Source: Octopus vulgaris
Lineage: Eukaryota
Assembly (NCBI GenBank): GCA_951406725.2
Contig: OX597818.1
Coordinates: 144,708,001 to 144,772,000, forward strand
Direction of reading: 5' to 3'
DNA length: 64,000 bases
The position numbers and the translations under genes were made by a program. Positions 38,726 through 51,530 of the stretch are shown piece by piece. The stretch's first letter is position 1. Every line of letters begins with the position of its first letter. Below the pieces are notes generated by a model. The model worked only from the letters and a program-made list of their open reading frames with translations. It ran no database searches and was not told where the DNA came from.

Positions 38726-39266
38726 GAAATCTTTATATGTACATTATATATATATATATATATCATTATATATATATATATATCATTATATATATATCAA
38801 AACTGTCATTCTCTAATTGTGGAGGGAACCTGTGGAATGGGTAGACTAGGAAGTTATGGGGTGAAGTGGTGAGAAAGAATCTTCAGACATTGGGCCTCAC
38901 AGAGATCACAAGAGACCGAGAATTCTGGTAGTTTGCTGTGCTTCAGAAGAGATGTCTAGCTAGGTAAAATCGTGGCCATCCATGCATACAGGCATGTCTT
39001 CTACATCTTTCTCTCAGTTGAGTGATTCTAGTCTTGCAGGTTTGTGGGTGCTGGTGCCATGTAAAAGCCTTTGCATCAGCGCCATGTAAAATCCTTGGGC
39101 TAGTACCACATTAAAAGCACCCAGTACATTCATTAGGAAGGGCATCCAGCTGTAGAAACCATGCCAAAACAGACAAATGGAACCCGGACAGCTCTCCAGC
39201 TGGCCAGCTCCTTTCAAACCATCCAGCTCATATCAACCTGGAAAATGGACATTAAACAATGATGGT

Positions 39267-39313
<47 letters not shown>

Positions 39314-39382
39314 ATGTAGATATAGATATGTTAAGGTGTGGTGGCCTAGTGATTTAGTGTGCTGCACTCATGATTGCAAGAT

Positions 39383-39944
39383 CATCATCATCATCATCAT
39401 CATCGTTTAGCGTCCGCTTTCCATGCTAGCATGGGTTGGACGGGTCAACTGGGGTCTGTGAAGCTGGAAGGCTTCGTCAGGCCCAGTCAGATCTGGCAGT
39501 GTTTCTACGGCTGGATGCCCTTCCTAACGCCAACCACTCCGCGAGTGTAGTGGGTGTTTTTTACGTGCCACCTGCACAGGTGCCAGACAGAGCTGGCGAA
39601 CGGCCACAAACGGATGGTGCTTTTACGTGTCACATGCACGGGGCCAGACAGAGCTGGCAACCGGCCACGAACGGACGGTGCTTTTACGTGTCACCGGCAC
39701 GGGGGCCAGCCGAGGCTGGCAACGGACATGGACGGATGGTGCTTTTACGTGCCACCGACACGGGGCCAGACAGAGCTGGCAAACGGCCACGAGCGGACGG
39801 TGCTTTTACGTGTCACCGGCACGGGGGCCAGCCGAGGCTGGCAACGGACACGGACGGATGGTGCTTTTACGTGCCACCGACACGGGGCCAGACAGAGCTG
39901 GCAAACGGCCACGAACGGATGGTGCTTTTACGTGCCACCGACGT
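39383..39944 (-). mobile_element. Retroposon with (ATG)n tail and an internal ~60-bp tandem array, nested in a SINE
   Basis: AAGAT TSD at 39378-39382 and 39945-39949 splits a SINE head. Related shorter copy at about 42114-42420. Confidence 0.75.
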
Positions 39945-42718
39945 AAGATAGTGTTTTCAATTCCCAAACCAGCATGTGTGTTATGTTCTTGACCAAAACA
40001 CTTGATTTCATGTTGCTCCAGTCCATTCAGCTGTAAATGGATAACTCCGTAATGGACTGACATTCTGTTCAGGGAAATGTTGGCCTGGTCACACAGCCAG
40101 CTGGGTGGCAACATTTGAAAGCTACAATGATGCAAGGAACACATTGTGACCAGTTGTGTATAACAACTTCTGATGTGGATACAGTAATATAGATAGACAG
40201 ACAGACAGACTTGTAAGACAAAGGCCCCTTGGCTGGGAGAGAGAGAGAGAGAGAGGGAGGTGGCTTTGTAACTGTTGAGAGGTTAAAGCATAATAAAGGG
40301 ATAGAGATAAGTGTCTTACTATAGAGGAGATATTTGGCTATATAGGAAAAGAAAGGATAGGAAAGTGAGATAGGGAGAAAGATAGAGACAAACAGAGTGA
40401 GGGAGAGAGAAATAGATGGTGTTGGAGATGTATTGGGAGGGACATACAAGATACAGTGGGGGTGGATGTAAGTGGTACAAAGGAGATAGAGGGGTATTGT
40501 TTCATAAGAGTCTAAGGGGAGATGCTTAGGAATGGAGAAGATGTGATTGTAGCAAGTGATGGTGAGAAATTGGAGTGACTGGTGGGGGTAGTAGATATGT
40601 GAGGGAGAGTGGAGGGGTCTGCAGCAGGTGGTGATCATGGGTAGGGGAAAGAGGTGTTGGGAAGATTGGTTTTGGAGGAGTCTTGACAGGAGACAGATTG
40701 TGTATGTGTGGTGGGCATGGCTGTAAAGGACCTGCCTGTATGGTCACAATTTGATTTAGCTTGGTGTGTCTTCTCAAGCACAGCAAATTGCCAGTTGTCT
40801 CGGTCTCTTCTTATCTCCTCTATGAGGCTCAGCTGAGGACCATTTCTCATCACTATGTCCTACTGAGACTGGTGCCACATCAAAGCACCATTAGGGCACC
40901 CAGTACATTCTGTAAAGTGGTTGGCATTAGGAAGGGCATTCAGTTGCAGAAACTATGCCAAAGCAGACAAAGGAGCCTGGTGAGCTGCTCTAGCTTATCA
41001 GCTCCTATGAAACTGTCCAACCCATACCAGCATGGAAAGCAGATGTTAAATGGTGATGATGGTGATTAGTAATAACATTTTTACTTTGTTGAAAACTCAT
41101 TTTTAGTATATACATTCCATAAATTTATATGGACACCAATTATAGGGTGTGATTTATATATGGTGTTCTTGTTCCTACCTATATTCCTTCCTTGCACTTT
41201 CAAAAGTAACTTCATGGTGTAGTTATGGTGTAAGCTTGATTCATTAAAAGATTAACTCAAAGATTTCTTTTTTGCACTACAAATTTTATTGTTACTTCAC
41301 TTTTAAACAATCTTAACTGTAAAATGAAATCAAAGATTTGAAGCAGCAATGTGAAAGGATTAGAGAATAATGAGGATGGGAACATGGGAGAAAGGAGAGC
41401 CAACAGAATTGAGTGTATTGCTACAATGGTAAAGTTTGACTACTGCTGCTGTTACAGACTTATCCTGGTAACTTCACTCTTTGATGTTTTTACATCAGTA
41501 TAAGGAAGCTCAAAATTTCAGGAAAATATCTGAAACTATAAAGGTACAATTTTCTTTGCCTCATTTTGAAACAAAGTTGCTACACCTGAAAGAAAAGGAC
41601 TTTATTGTTTGAGGATATAAGTATAGACAATGAAACAATTTTATGAAGATTTGTAAATTTGTGCATCAATATAGGAGTAAGAAAATGTATAAAATGTGGA
41701 ATTCCAGATGGTCCCACATTTAGTCTCTATAATTCTTATTGTTACTAGTGTAACCATTCTTAAAAATGATATATAGTAACTTTTGATAATACTTGAAGCA
41801 TCTATTTTTCTTTCTTTCCATCAAAATGACTACTAACTCCTTCATATCATACATATACCTTTACCAATTTTACCATACCAACAAGGCTGGCATGTTCTGT
41901 GTAGGACTATTATCTGCTATATTCTTTTTTTTTTTTAAGGTGTGGGAGATTTGGCTGCTCTCTCTAGCAGTCTCATTGATTACCTCTATTCTGTTTAGAG
42001 TAATCATTTTTACACATGGTTACCTTTTTTTACAGCTTGCCACTCAATCATGAAATGCAAGTGGAATTTAAACTAGAGTAGACAGTGTTATGTAACTTAC
42101 TTTGGGTCACTACATCATCATCATCATCATTTAGCGTCCGTTTTCCATGCTAGCATGGGTTGGACGGTTCTGCTGGGGTCTGTGAAGCCAGAAGGCTTCA
42201 TCAGGCCCAGTCAAATCTGGCAGTGTTTCTACGGCTGGATGCCCTTCCTAACGCCAACCACTCCGTGAGTGTAGTGGGTGCTTTTACGTGCCACCCGCAC
42301 TGGTGCCAGCCAGAGCTGGCAAACGGCCACGAACGGATGGTGTTTTTTATGTGCCACCGGCACGAGGGCCAGGCGAGGCTGGCAACGAACACGAAACGGG
42401 GCGGTGCTGGCAACGATGGAAGTGGTGAGCTTAGAAATTATGATTCGTTCGTTTTATGTCAGTCTTTCTATGCTAGTATGGGTTAGGTGAATTCTATATT
42501 ATTGAGACATTGTTTTACAGCTTAATGCCTTTCCTGTCTCTATCTATTTTTCAAGTAAGGGATCTCCCATTCCACAAGTTTTCTTATGTGCAGTGCCAGT
42601 GAATGATTTATTGGTGGAGAAAAACAACCAATTTCACCACTTTTGTAGCTCAGCAGCTTTTCATGCAAAGTATGTAGAATGTAACCATTCACACACGCAC
42701 GCTCTCTCTCTGTCTCTA

Positions 42719-42750
<32 letters not shown>

Positions 42751-43301
42751 ATGCATCTGCGATGAGCTTTGTACAGTTTTTATCTACCAAATTCACTCAC
42801 AAGGTATTGGCTGGGCTGCAGTAGCAGACACTTCCTAAGGTGCTGCACAGTGAGAAATGACATCAAAACCACAAACTTCTTAACCACACAGTCATGCCTG
42901 CACTGTGTGATCGGTAACTCTGTATCATAACCTCGTCGTGCACAGACTTTATGCGAAGGTGGTCCACAAAATTCTTAAGGAAAACTTCTTGGTTTACCAA
43001 ATATAAATTTACTTTCAATTGCATTATGTAACAATATGATAGGGCATAAATATTTGTAATTAAGAAATTAATCATGCATCATTTGTTTTACTTCAGTTTT
43101 TATGCCATGCTGGCTTGGGTTGGACTGATACTATTTAGAGCAGTATTTTACAGCTGGATACTTTTCTTATTGCCGACACCTATCAGTTTTTCAAGTAAGG
43201 GATTACTTTATTCCTAAACTTGAAAACCACAGGACTATAGGACACACAATATAAACAATACATGACGATTATATATATAGATACATACATACACACACAC
43301 C

Positions 43302-43335
<34 letters not shown>

Positions 43336-43394
43336 TAGAAAAAAACACTTATCAATTTTCTCTGTAAGTTTGGATTTATATTCCCTCAAATAAT

Positions 43395-43442
<48 letters not shown>

Positions 43443-43447
43443 ACACA

Positions 43448-43496
<49 letters not shown>

Positions 43497-43932
43497 ATAT
43501 ATATGTATGTATATGTTTGTGTGTGTGTGTGTGTATGTTTGTATGACAGGCTTCCATTCAGTTTCTATGCAGTCAGATTGAACTTAATGCCACAGAGTTG
43601 CAAAGCAAACTTCTTAGCCAGATCTCCATGGCTGCACCTAATTTCATAAGTTACATGTAAATTAATTGATTTTGATTTAAGATTATCTTTTGTAAAAACA
43701 TTTCATAACTCCTTTCATCTTTTGAACTTTGCCATGGACCACTGATGATCCCCTTGCACCATGTTGTGTATCATTGTTTTAACCCCACTGCTATTGTTCT
43801 TCTTTTCTGAACATGTCTAGTTTATCTTTCAACAATTTGAAAAATTTATCCTAAAATCTCTTATCTGGAAAGTATTTCCACATATATATATATCTAAATT
43901 GTTTTTAATTTTTTTTTTTTTTTTTTTTTCAG

Positions 43933-46586
43933 AACAACAGAAATTAATTGAAGAATATTTGAAGAAAATAAAAGAATTTATTACACTGAATGATACTTTG
44001 AAAAGAAAAGTGGAGAACTTACTTCGGAACTTTGATGACACAAGTCCTCATTCTGTTGAAGGTGTATCTAATTTATTTTCGTCTTCTTATGAAGATGAAG
44101 AAGATAACACTTCAATTAACGTCCTTCGAAGAACAGCCGATAATTCGGTCACTAAGTTGTTAGTCATGTGTAATTATCTTGAATTTTACACTGATGCTAT
44201 CGATCAGATTACAGATGAGATCAACCAACTCCAAGGTGAAACCAGTCCTGTAATAAATTCTGGCTCTACATCTACAACTATTGCAGCAGCCACAACTGAG
44301 CCAACACAAAACTCAGAAGATACAACTGAAAGCAGACAAAATGTAGCAGCCACTTCAGTAGAACCTGACCTACGTGGCAATAATAGCAGTGAGTCGAGAC
44401 GATTTAGTAGTACAAGGTTTTCTCAGTCGTCTGAGACCTATCTGTCTAATGGTAATCCTGACCAAGATCCTAGTGCCAATGCTGAGTCAGTGTTATCCAA
44501 CTCAGTTCAGATATATTCTGGAGAGACTGGAAGTGCTACAACTGGTCCTGAAGACTATACAGCAACAGATAGAGAGCTTGAGGTTTCCTATGTGGCAGAT
44601 TCTGAAGAAGGGAATAATTCTTCTGCTGGTTTTAACTACAATAATGCAAGTGATGATGATGATCTGTTTGATTGGTATGTAGATGAGGAGGAAGTCACTA
44701 GTGATGTTTCTTCTTCAATGCATTCCTCTCTTGTTACTAATGTCCCACTGGAATCCACTGCAAATGATGCTACATCTCAACCAGAAAATTTTTTTGATCC
44801 AGAATATTGGATTGACACATACTATCCACAATCATCTGACAGAGGTAATGAAGTTCGCACACCAGAGAATGGGGTTGAGTTTGATAATGTCAGTGTAAAT
44901 GCCACTGATGGAGATTCATACACACATCACTCAGAGGAAAACTATCTCTCATCTAATTATCTTTCATCACCTTCTGTAACATCTGTACAGTTTTCCCCTT
45001 TGGTCTCATCGTCACCACAACACGAGTCTGATAGTGATATGTATGTCTTATTTTCAGATTACAGTGATGATGATGAAGTCAATCATGATATTGAACTGGT
45101 ATCTGAGAACGAAGTCAGATTCGCCGTGCCGTTAGAGTCTCATTGTGATAATCCTCATTCAGACGACAGTAGGACTATGAGTGATGATGAGGACGAGGGG
45201 GATGATGATGATGATGATGAGGATGACGACGACGACGACGATGACAGAAATAATTCGGTTTATCAACTTACTTTCTTGGAAAACCAGAATTCAATACGTG
45301 AGGAAAATGATGAAGAAACATCCAGTCCAGCAAATGTGTGTCTGTTTGATCAGCCTGAAGATTCCAGTACTGTGAGAGTTTCTACCACAAACAATTCAAA
45401 CCTAGACATCAATGAAGTTAGTATAACACATGTTTACTCTTCTGATAATAAATTGTCTGCCCCTAATGAAAGACCCGTGAACCGAGTTTCATCCCAGGTG
45501 TCACTTTATCAGCAAAGACACCGTTACTATGACTTCAACTCTGAACCACTTGCTGTCCCCAGTCAACACCATGTCTTACGCTTACTTCAGTCCAATAAAG
45601 ACTCCATGCGGTTCAGTCAGCATGTGGTGTCAGGTAACACTGAGTCTACTCGTCAAACTCCAGGTGTATCTATAAAAATTGAACCTACATTAGATTTCAT
45701 ACGGGTTTCATCTTCGGATTCAGGAAATATTCAAAAATCAACCCTGACCACCCGAACAGTGTGTGTACCCCTGCATGACATGAACACTTGCAATTCAGAT
45801 GATGTAAAAGTAATTAGTGAGAGAGTTGTCCAGGCAGATACTACTCTTCAATATCCTTCTTCTCAAAACACATCACGATACAACCAACGCAGGAAAAGGC
45901 AAAATTCATCACCTTCTGCTAATAGCTTTCCTTCAAAAGTCCGCCGTGGGCGTGATCACTCAAACTTTTATCCCCAATCCACCTTTACAACTACCATACG
46001 AAATCGTGTTAAGTCTCTAAAAAATGAACAGAACACTTCCAATCAACATCTTAAACATCATTTTCCCAATCGGCAGCATGCTTCACAAACTACCACTAGC
46101 ACTGCTGCTTCCAGTGCAAATATTTCTGCTCCTTCAAACACTGCTGTTATGTCATCATGTCGACCGAGTTCTCGTTACACTACACTTCACTCTAGTTGGC
46201 GAGGAACAGAACCTTGTAACAACAACAGAACAAGATGCAATACAAAAAAAACTGCTGCTGCTTGTGAAAGACAAATGACTACACAGACTAATGTTCAAAT
46301 TAACCAATTAGAAGATAGATCATTGCCTAATGTGAACTCTACTGATGGTACTGTGCTCTTTGGCCTGCCACTGCCAGATCAATTACATTCCCACAGATCT
46401 GAGCACACTCTTGACCAAACAGATTCAGACAATGCTAGTTACGAACCATCGGAGAGCTGCTCTGATTCTGAGGTTCCAGAATCTGACAGTAGTTATGAAG
46501 TATTAATACCAAAAACTATTTCTCAATTATTAGATGAATATAATTCTGATGAAACGGATGAGAGTTGGTCAGTTGGTATGGACTAA
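43933..46586 (+). CDS. RING/zinc-finger protein, very large last coding exon (short coiled coil and acidic Ser/Asp/Asn-rich tail)
   Basis: Poly-T acceptor ends at 43932, phase 1 matches exon 1. Stop-free 2.65-kb frame in AT-rich DNA. Spliced CDS is 3162 nt (1053 aa). AATAAA at 46674. Confidence 0.85.
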
Positions 46587-48276
46587 AATTAAATTTTTCA
46601 GAAAAAAAAATCATCAATTTAAAATGAAAAGTTTTTTAAATCTCTTCCTTCCATATTTAACTTTTATATAATTAATAAAAATCAACTACCCATTTTTGAT
46701 TTTGACTATTTCTAATTAAAAGTAAATTCTTTTTTAATTTCCTTTGTTTAATTTCATGATTTGTAATGTGTTGATTTTTTTGCCCTCTTTTTTTGTAAAG
46801 AGCAAAAAGTTAATCATTTTTATTGTTTTTAAAACTCGTTTGAGACTATATTTATTATGAAATACACTATTCGTAGGTTTCAGTTAATTTGGAATATAGA
46901 GGTGTAAAATCCTTTGGAAATCTATATCCATCGAAAAAGCCACAAAGATGGTATAGTGAAAAACTTGGGGTAAAAGAGAAAGAATATAAACAACGAGTGT
47001 ACTTAAAAGCATTAATAATATGACTTTTCCATAATATAATAATATTGGTTTCAACTTTTGGTTTTAGATCAAAATCCTTGCAAAACAAGAAATATTTGGA
47101 AGATATTACTAATTAACTTTCATATTACTAATCTTGTGTGTGGAACATAAAAAAAGTCCCTTAAATCATTATAGAAGATTTTAATTTAGATATGAATATT
47201 TGATAATGAGATGTTTTGTATTAGGAAACCAAAGGTATCAAGCAGGGTCGGTATCAAAAGGGTTAAATGTTTTCTTGTCGTTATAGACTTCTCCTCACCT
47301 TAGCAAGCTGTGTGCATGTCTTGTCTTTTCAGGTTTACTAATAAATCTAAATATTTCTATTAATGCTGCTGCTTAGGAAGAATATCGAGACTCAAAACTG
47401 AAATATGATGGAGTGGTTCAGTGTTGTTTAGTTTTAGGCCAGCCGTGATGTTAATGGCTACATTATCTAATGTTGGGTGCAATTGAAAAAAAGATTTGCT
47501 GCTATTTCTAGCAGATTGAATGACCATGTGGAGGTGCCTTAATTGGCTCTTGATCAAAGTGTTTGTCTCCCTAGTGATCATCTGGAGGTCAAACCCTGAT
47601 ACTAGCATTTCCTCTTTTCAAACCTGTTGCTGATTGATAGGGTTTGTTTAAATTTTGCAATGGGGGTTATCATTTATGAATTATAACTATATCTACATTA
47701 AATTTTGGAATATCACATCTTTTCTCTGCCAGCTTACTGACTGCTCTCTCTTGCTCTCTTTTTCCTTATTGCTTTATTTTTAATAATGATGTGACGTTTT
47801 TAGGATGAGGATAAAATGAATATAGAAAGATGGAATAAAATTCAGCTAAAAATGATTCTTACCTAGGCACAAAGGCTCAAAGTTTAAGGTAGGGGTATAA
47901 TCAGTTTATATATTTCTTCATTGGTATTTTAATTTATCAACACTTAGAAGGATGAAAGGCAAAGGTGACTGGCAGAATTTGCACTCAAAATTTAAAAGGC
48001 TGTAACTAAATACCACAAAGCATGTTTTTTTAAGCTCTAACAACCCTGCCAATCAACTGTTCTCAAGAATAATGTTAATTTCTCACATTGATGTAAAGTC
48101 ATGCATTAAATCAATTCCTAGTATTTAACTATTGACCTTCCTCTGGAAGGATGAAAGGCAAGGCTGATTTCACAAGGATTTTAACCAAAAAATGACAAAG
48201 ACTGTAGCTAAATATAGCAAATGATTTTGTTCAACACTTATGATTCTGCCACTCTAGTGTCTTTAGGATAGCCTTG

Positions 48277-48375
48277 ATATCAACCCATTTGATATCAACC
48301 CATTTGATATCAACCCATTTGATACCAACCCATTTGATACCAACCCATTTGATACCAACCCATTTGATACCAACC
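48277..48375. repeat. 15-bp minisatellite GATA(T/C)CAACCCATTT, about 6.5 units
   Basis: Tandem units visible directly. Confidence 0.9.
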
Positions 48376-48897
48376 TGCCTGGTTCTGATTCAAACTTTTT
48401 TAAAGCGATCTAAATTAAAACCTTCCATTAGAATTTCCCATTGTGTTCCAAATACCAGCTTAATGACTGTTATTTTACTAAATTCTTTGGTATTTTCAAA
48501 ATTAATTAAAACTAAGGTAGTGTGTGTCAAACATAAGGTAACAAAAGATTTGCATAAGAATAGGTGAATGGCAGAAACAGTAACACACGAGAGCAAACTC
48601 TACTACCATGGCAGAATGAATAAACTTTTGATTCAACTCAGAAAATTTATAAAGCAGCAAAGAATCATGGAATAAGATGTTAAAATTAAGGTTTGTGTAA
48701 AATCTCTTCTCAATGAAATTCGGTATTTGAAACCTTGTTATGGTCAACATAAATCCTTAAAAATGTTTTAGCCCGAAGGCCATGGCCATGCTGGGGCACC
48801 ACCGCTGTAAACAGACTTTTTTTGTTTTTTGGGAGTGTCGAATGTGTATCACATCATACAGACAAGGAAGTAATTTTTCACAGTAAAACCATGAAAA

Positions 48898-49226
48898 AGC
48901 AGAAAGATTGGGTTTTACCCTTATATGATAGAAAAAGTTATCAACTGTTTCCATGGTTATACTGCATTTGAGATATTCCTTTTTTGTTTGTATGATACAC
49001 ATTCGATGTTTCCAAAAAAAAAAAAAATGCTTGTTTATATGAATTGTTGCATTTCAAATATTGCTATGTATTTAGTGTTTAATTGGACAGGGATTGTTGT
49101 CAGGGGGCAATCTAGCTTAATGGTTGAGTACTCAGCTGGTATCTGAGACGTGTAGGTTCAAGTCCTGAGGCTGTCTGATGACAACTTTTTCTATCATATA
49201 AGGGTAAAATACCCAATCTTTCTGCT
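48898..49226. repeat. ~46-bp inverted repeat enclosing a tRNA-like sequence (49105-49176)
   Basis: Arms at 48898-48944 and 49179-49226. Inside are A box TAGCTTAATGGT, stem-loop CTCAG-CTGGTAT-CTGAG and B box GGTTCAAGTCC. Confidence 0.7.
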
Positions 49227-50644
49227 CTTTTCTCAGCTATACTGCTTTTGAAATTTTACTTTCTTGTTATGGTCAGTTTTGTTGTTTGACCATCTAGTGT
49301 TGATAAGGAGAATACTGTTATCTATTTCCTGTTTATTTCAATTACATTTGCTGCTCATGGTTTGGTACATGAATGTCAGATGCAATTACTAAATATAAAA
49401 TACTAATATAATTTGGGTTGACATTTATTTAATATCATAATTGGTGAACAATTAGCATTATTATTTACAGGTTCCCTAAGAGCCAATAACTGCTTCACAG
49501 CATCTCTTATGATAAAAGTGACAAGGGAGTGTTTGTTACTTGCTACAGAACAAATTTCTGTTGGGACTACATTTATAAAATGCTTATTTTTCCCATTTTT
49601 TCACCAGTGTATCTACATTGGCAAAGTCTATCTTCAACACCATTGCTTTTATGTTTGCTTTTTCTATACTGGTTTTGGTTGGATGAGACTTTTTGAGGTG
49701 ATATCCTAACTGGATGCCCTTCCTAATGCCAATCCTTGTTCTAAAGTAGAGTATTATATCCCACTAGTTGTATGTTTAAACTGACTTGCTGCAGGACAGA
49801 AACATCACCATTACTCAAGCAAAAACATTCAAGATAAATATACTAACACACACACACACACACACACATGTCCCAGATATACAAAAGGAAAAGTTTAAAC
49901 AACCACATAATCCGTGTTGAATTACTAAAAACGTTTTGATCAGTCAGAAACAAGCAAAATTATCTCTTAATGCCTTAAAAATGGAAAAGATACATTAGGT
50001 TATGTTGACCTATAAACTCTTAAAAAAGACATGATGGTCTTGGTGGGAATGACTTTGGTCATTGGTCTGTTTAGTCAGGACTGATCCTGGATTAAACAAC
50101 AAATTTCTCTGAGCCACTCAACTTGCTAGAAATAGTGCTCAGATTTCCCTCAAATTACACCTGACTGCCTTACTAAATGAAAAGGACACATTAAAGAACG
50201 AACCTCTTGATATATCCTCCCAAAAGGATGGTTACAGCTGGAATGTCTTCATGTTTGGTCAATCAGATTTGACTTTGATTAAACAAAAACCACGATAGTA
50301 AGTAATCATAGGTCACTTTCCTTGTGTAAATACTATCCCTTGTACATCTACATTCAATATGAAGTACTTTTCTTTTTAATACAAGAAAAATAGATAGACA
50401 GATGAAGTGGTTGACAAAGGAATAAGTACACAGATAAACAAACAGGTAGAGAGATAATAGATAAATAGAAAGGTAGATGTGCAAACACTATTTCGCTGGG
50501 TAAATAAACATTAATCTTATCAAAAATTCTAAGGCCCATTGTGTTGTCACCTAAACAAGGTTACTTTAGTTTAGTTGTTTCTGTGTATTCAAAGAATACC
50601 TATAGATATATTCGTAATAAGTATATATATATATATATGTATAA

Positions 50645-51530
50645 ATGGAGTTCAAATACTTTTACTTCTGACACATTTCAAAGATTTCACTGATATTATT
50701 CAAAAGAATAAATGGTGTAAAGCAATGTAATCTCTTCAGTGAAGTGAAGAAATGAAACTCTTCAATAAGACATTTTAACAGAAAATGATGGATATGTATG
50801 TATAGTGATTTACTGAACGCTATTAATATTGTTTGAAAAAAACGTTACATGATATAACGTCAGAAGTAGCCTATAGAAAGAGGAGGGATATTTTTTTAGT
50901 GAATGTTAAATATAAAAAGAAAATTAGTGTTTAAAGTATATATAATGATAGACATTACTTATATGAACTAAGGGTGTGTTTTTGCCAATGTTTACATCGG
51001 TATGCACGTTCTATAACCGTGTTTAATAGGGGATTTGTAGAAAAAATAATGAAAAATAGTTCAGAATTACAGAGAAGACAGAATTCCTTGCTTTGTTATA
51101 AGATATCGAGATTGAGAGAATCAACCATTCTAAATTAAATTGTTCATTGTGGTTTTTTTTTAGATCCCAAATTAATTTACTGAGCCCTGTACTGTTACGC
51201 TTATTCCTATCCCTAAATGTTGAGTAATGGATAGAAATTGTTTTAGATAACTGAAACGACATGCTTCCAATGTAAAATCGTACTTTATTACGAGTACTGA
51301 TTATACACTTGTATATAACATTTTTAATTTTAGAGTTACTTGACATAAGCTTAATTCTGTTGGAATTGACTTCAGATACAATAACCTTGTTATTAATATT
51401 TGTAGAGGGATGGATGGTATTAGCTAAATTAATGATAGTATTAGTAAATGTATTAATATTTAACAATTTGTTATTATGTGAAGAGATAATTTGTAAGAGA
51501 TTTTTTGTGTTGGAAAAACCAATCCTAACC
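50645..51530 (-). mobile_element. Penelope-like element 3' part: GIY-YIG endonuclease remnant and pLTR with decayed hammerhead
   Basis: NVIYKCIIST..RFYIGS...STGLSKLIWDLKK...LEWLIL. Downstream CTGAAGA...TTTGAAATGTGTC at 50664-50745. Confidence 0.8.

Noticed and set aside
39436-40144. Overlapping 110-170 aa ORFs
   Set aside because: Open frames arise from the GC-rich tandem array of a retroposon, with no recognisable domain.
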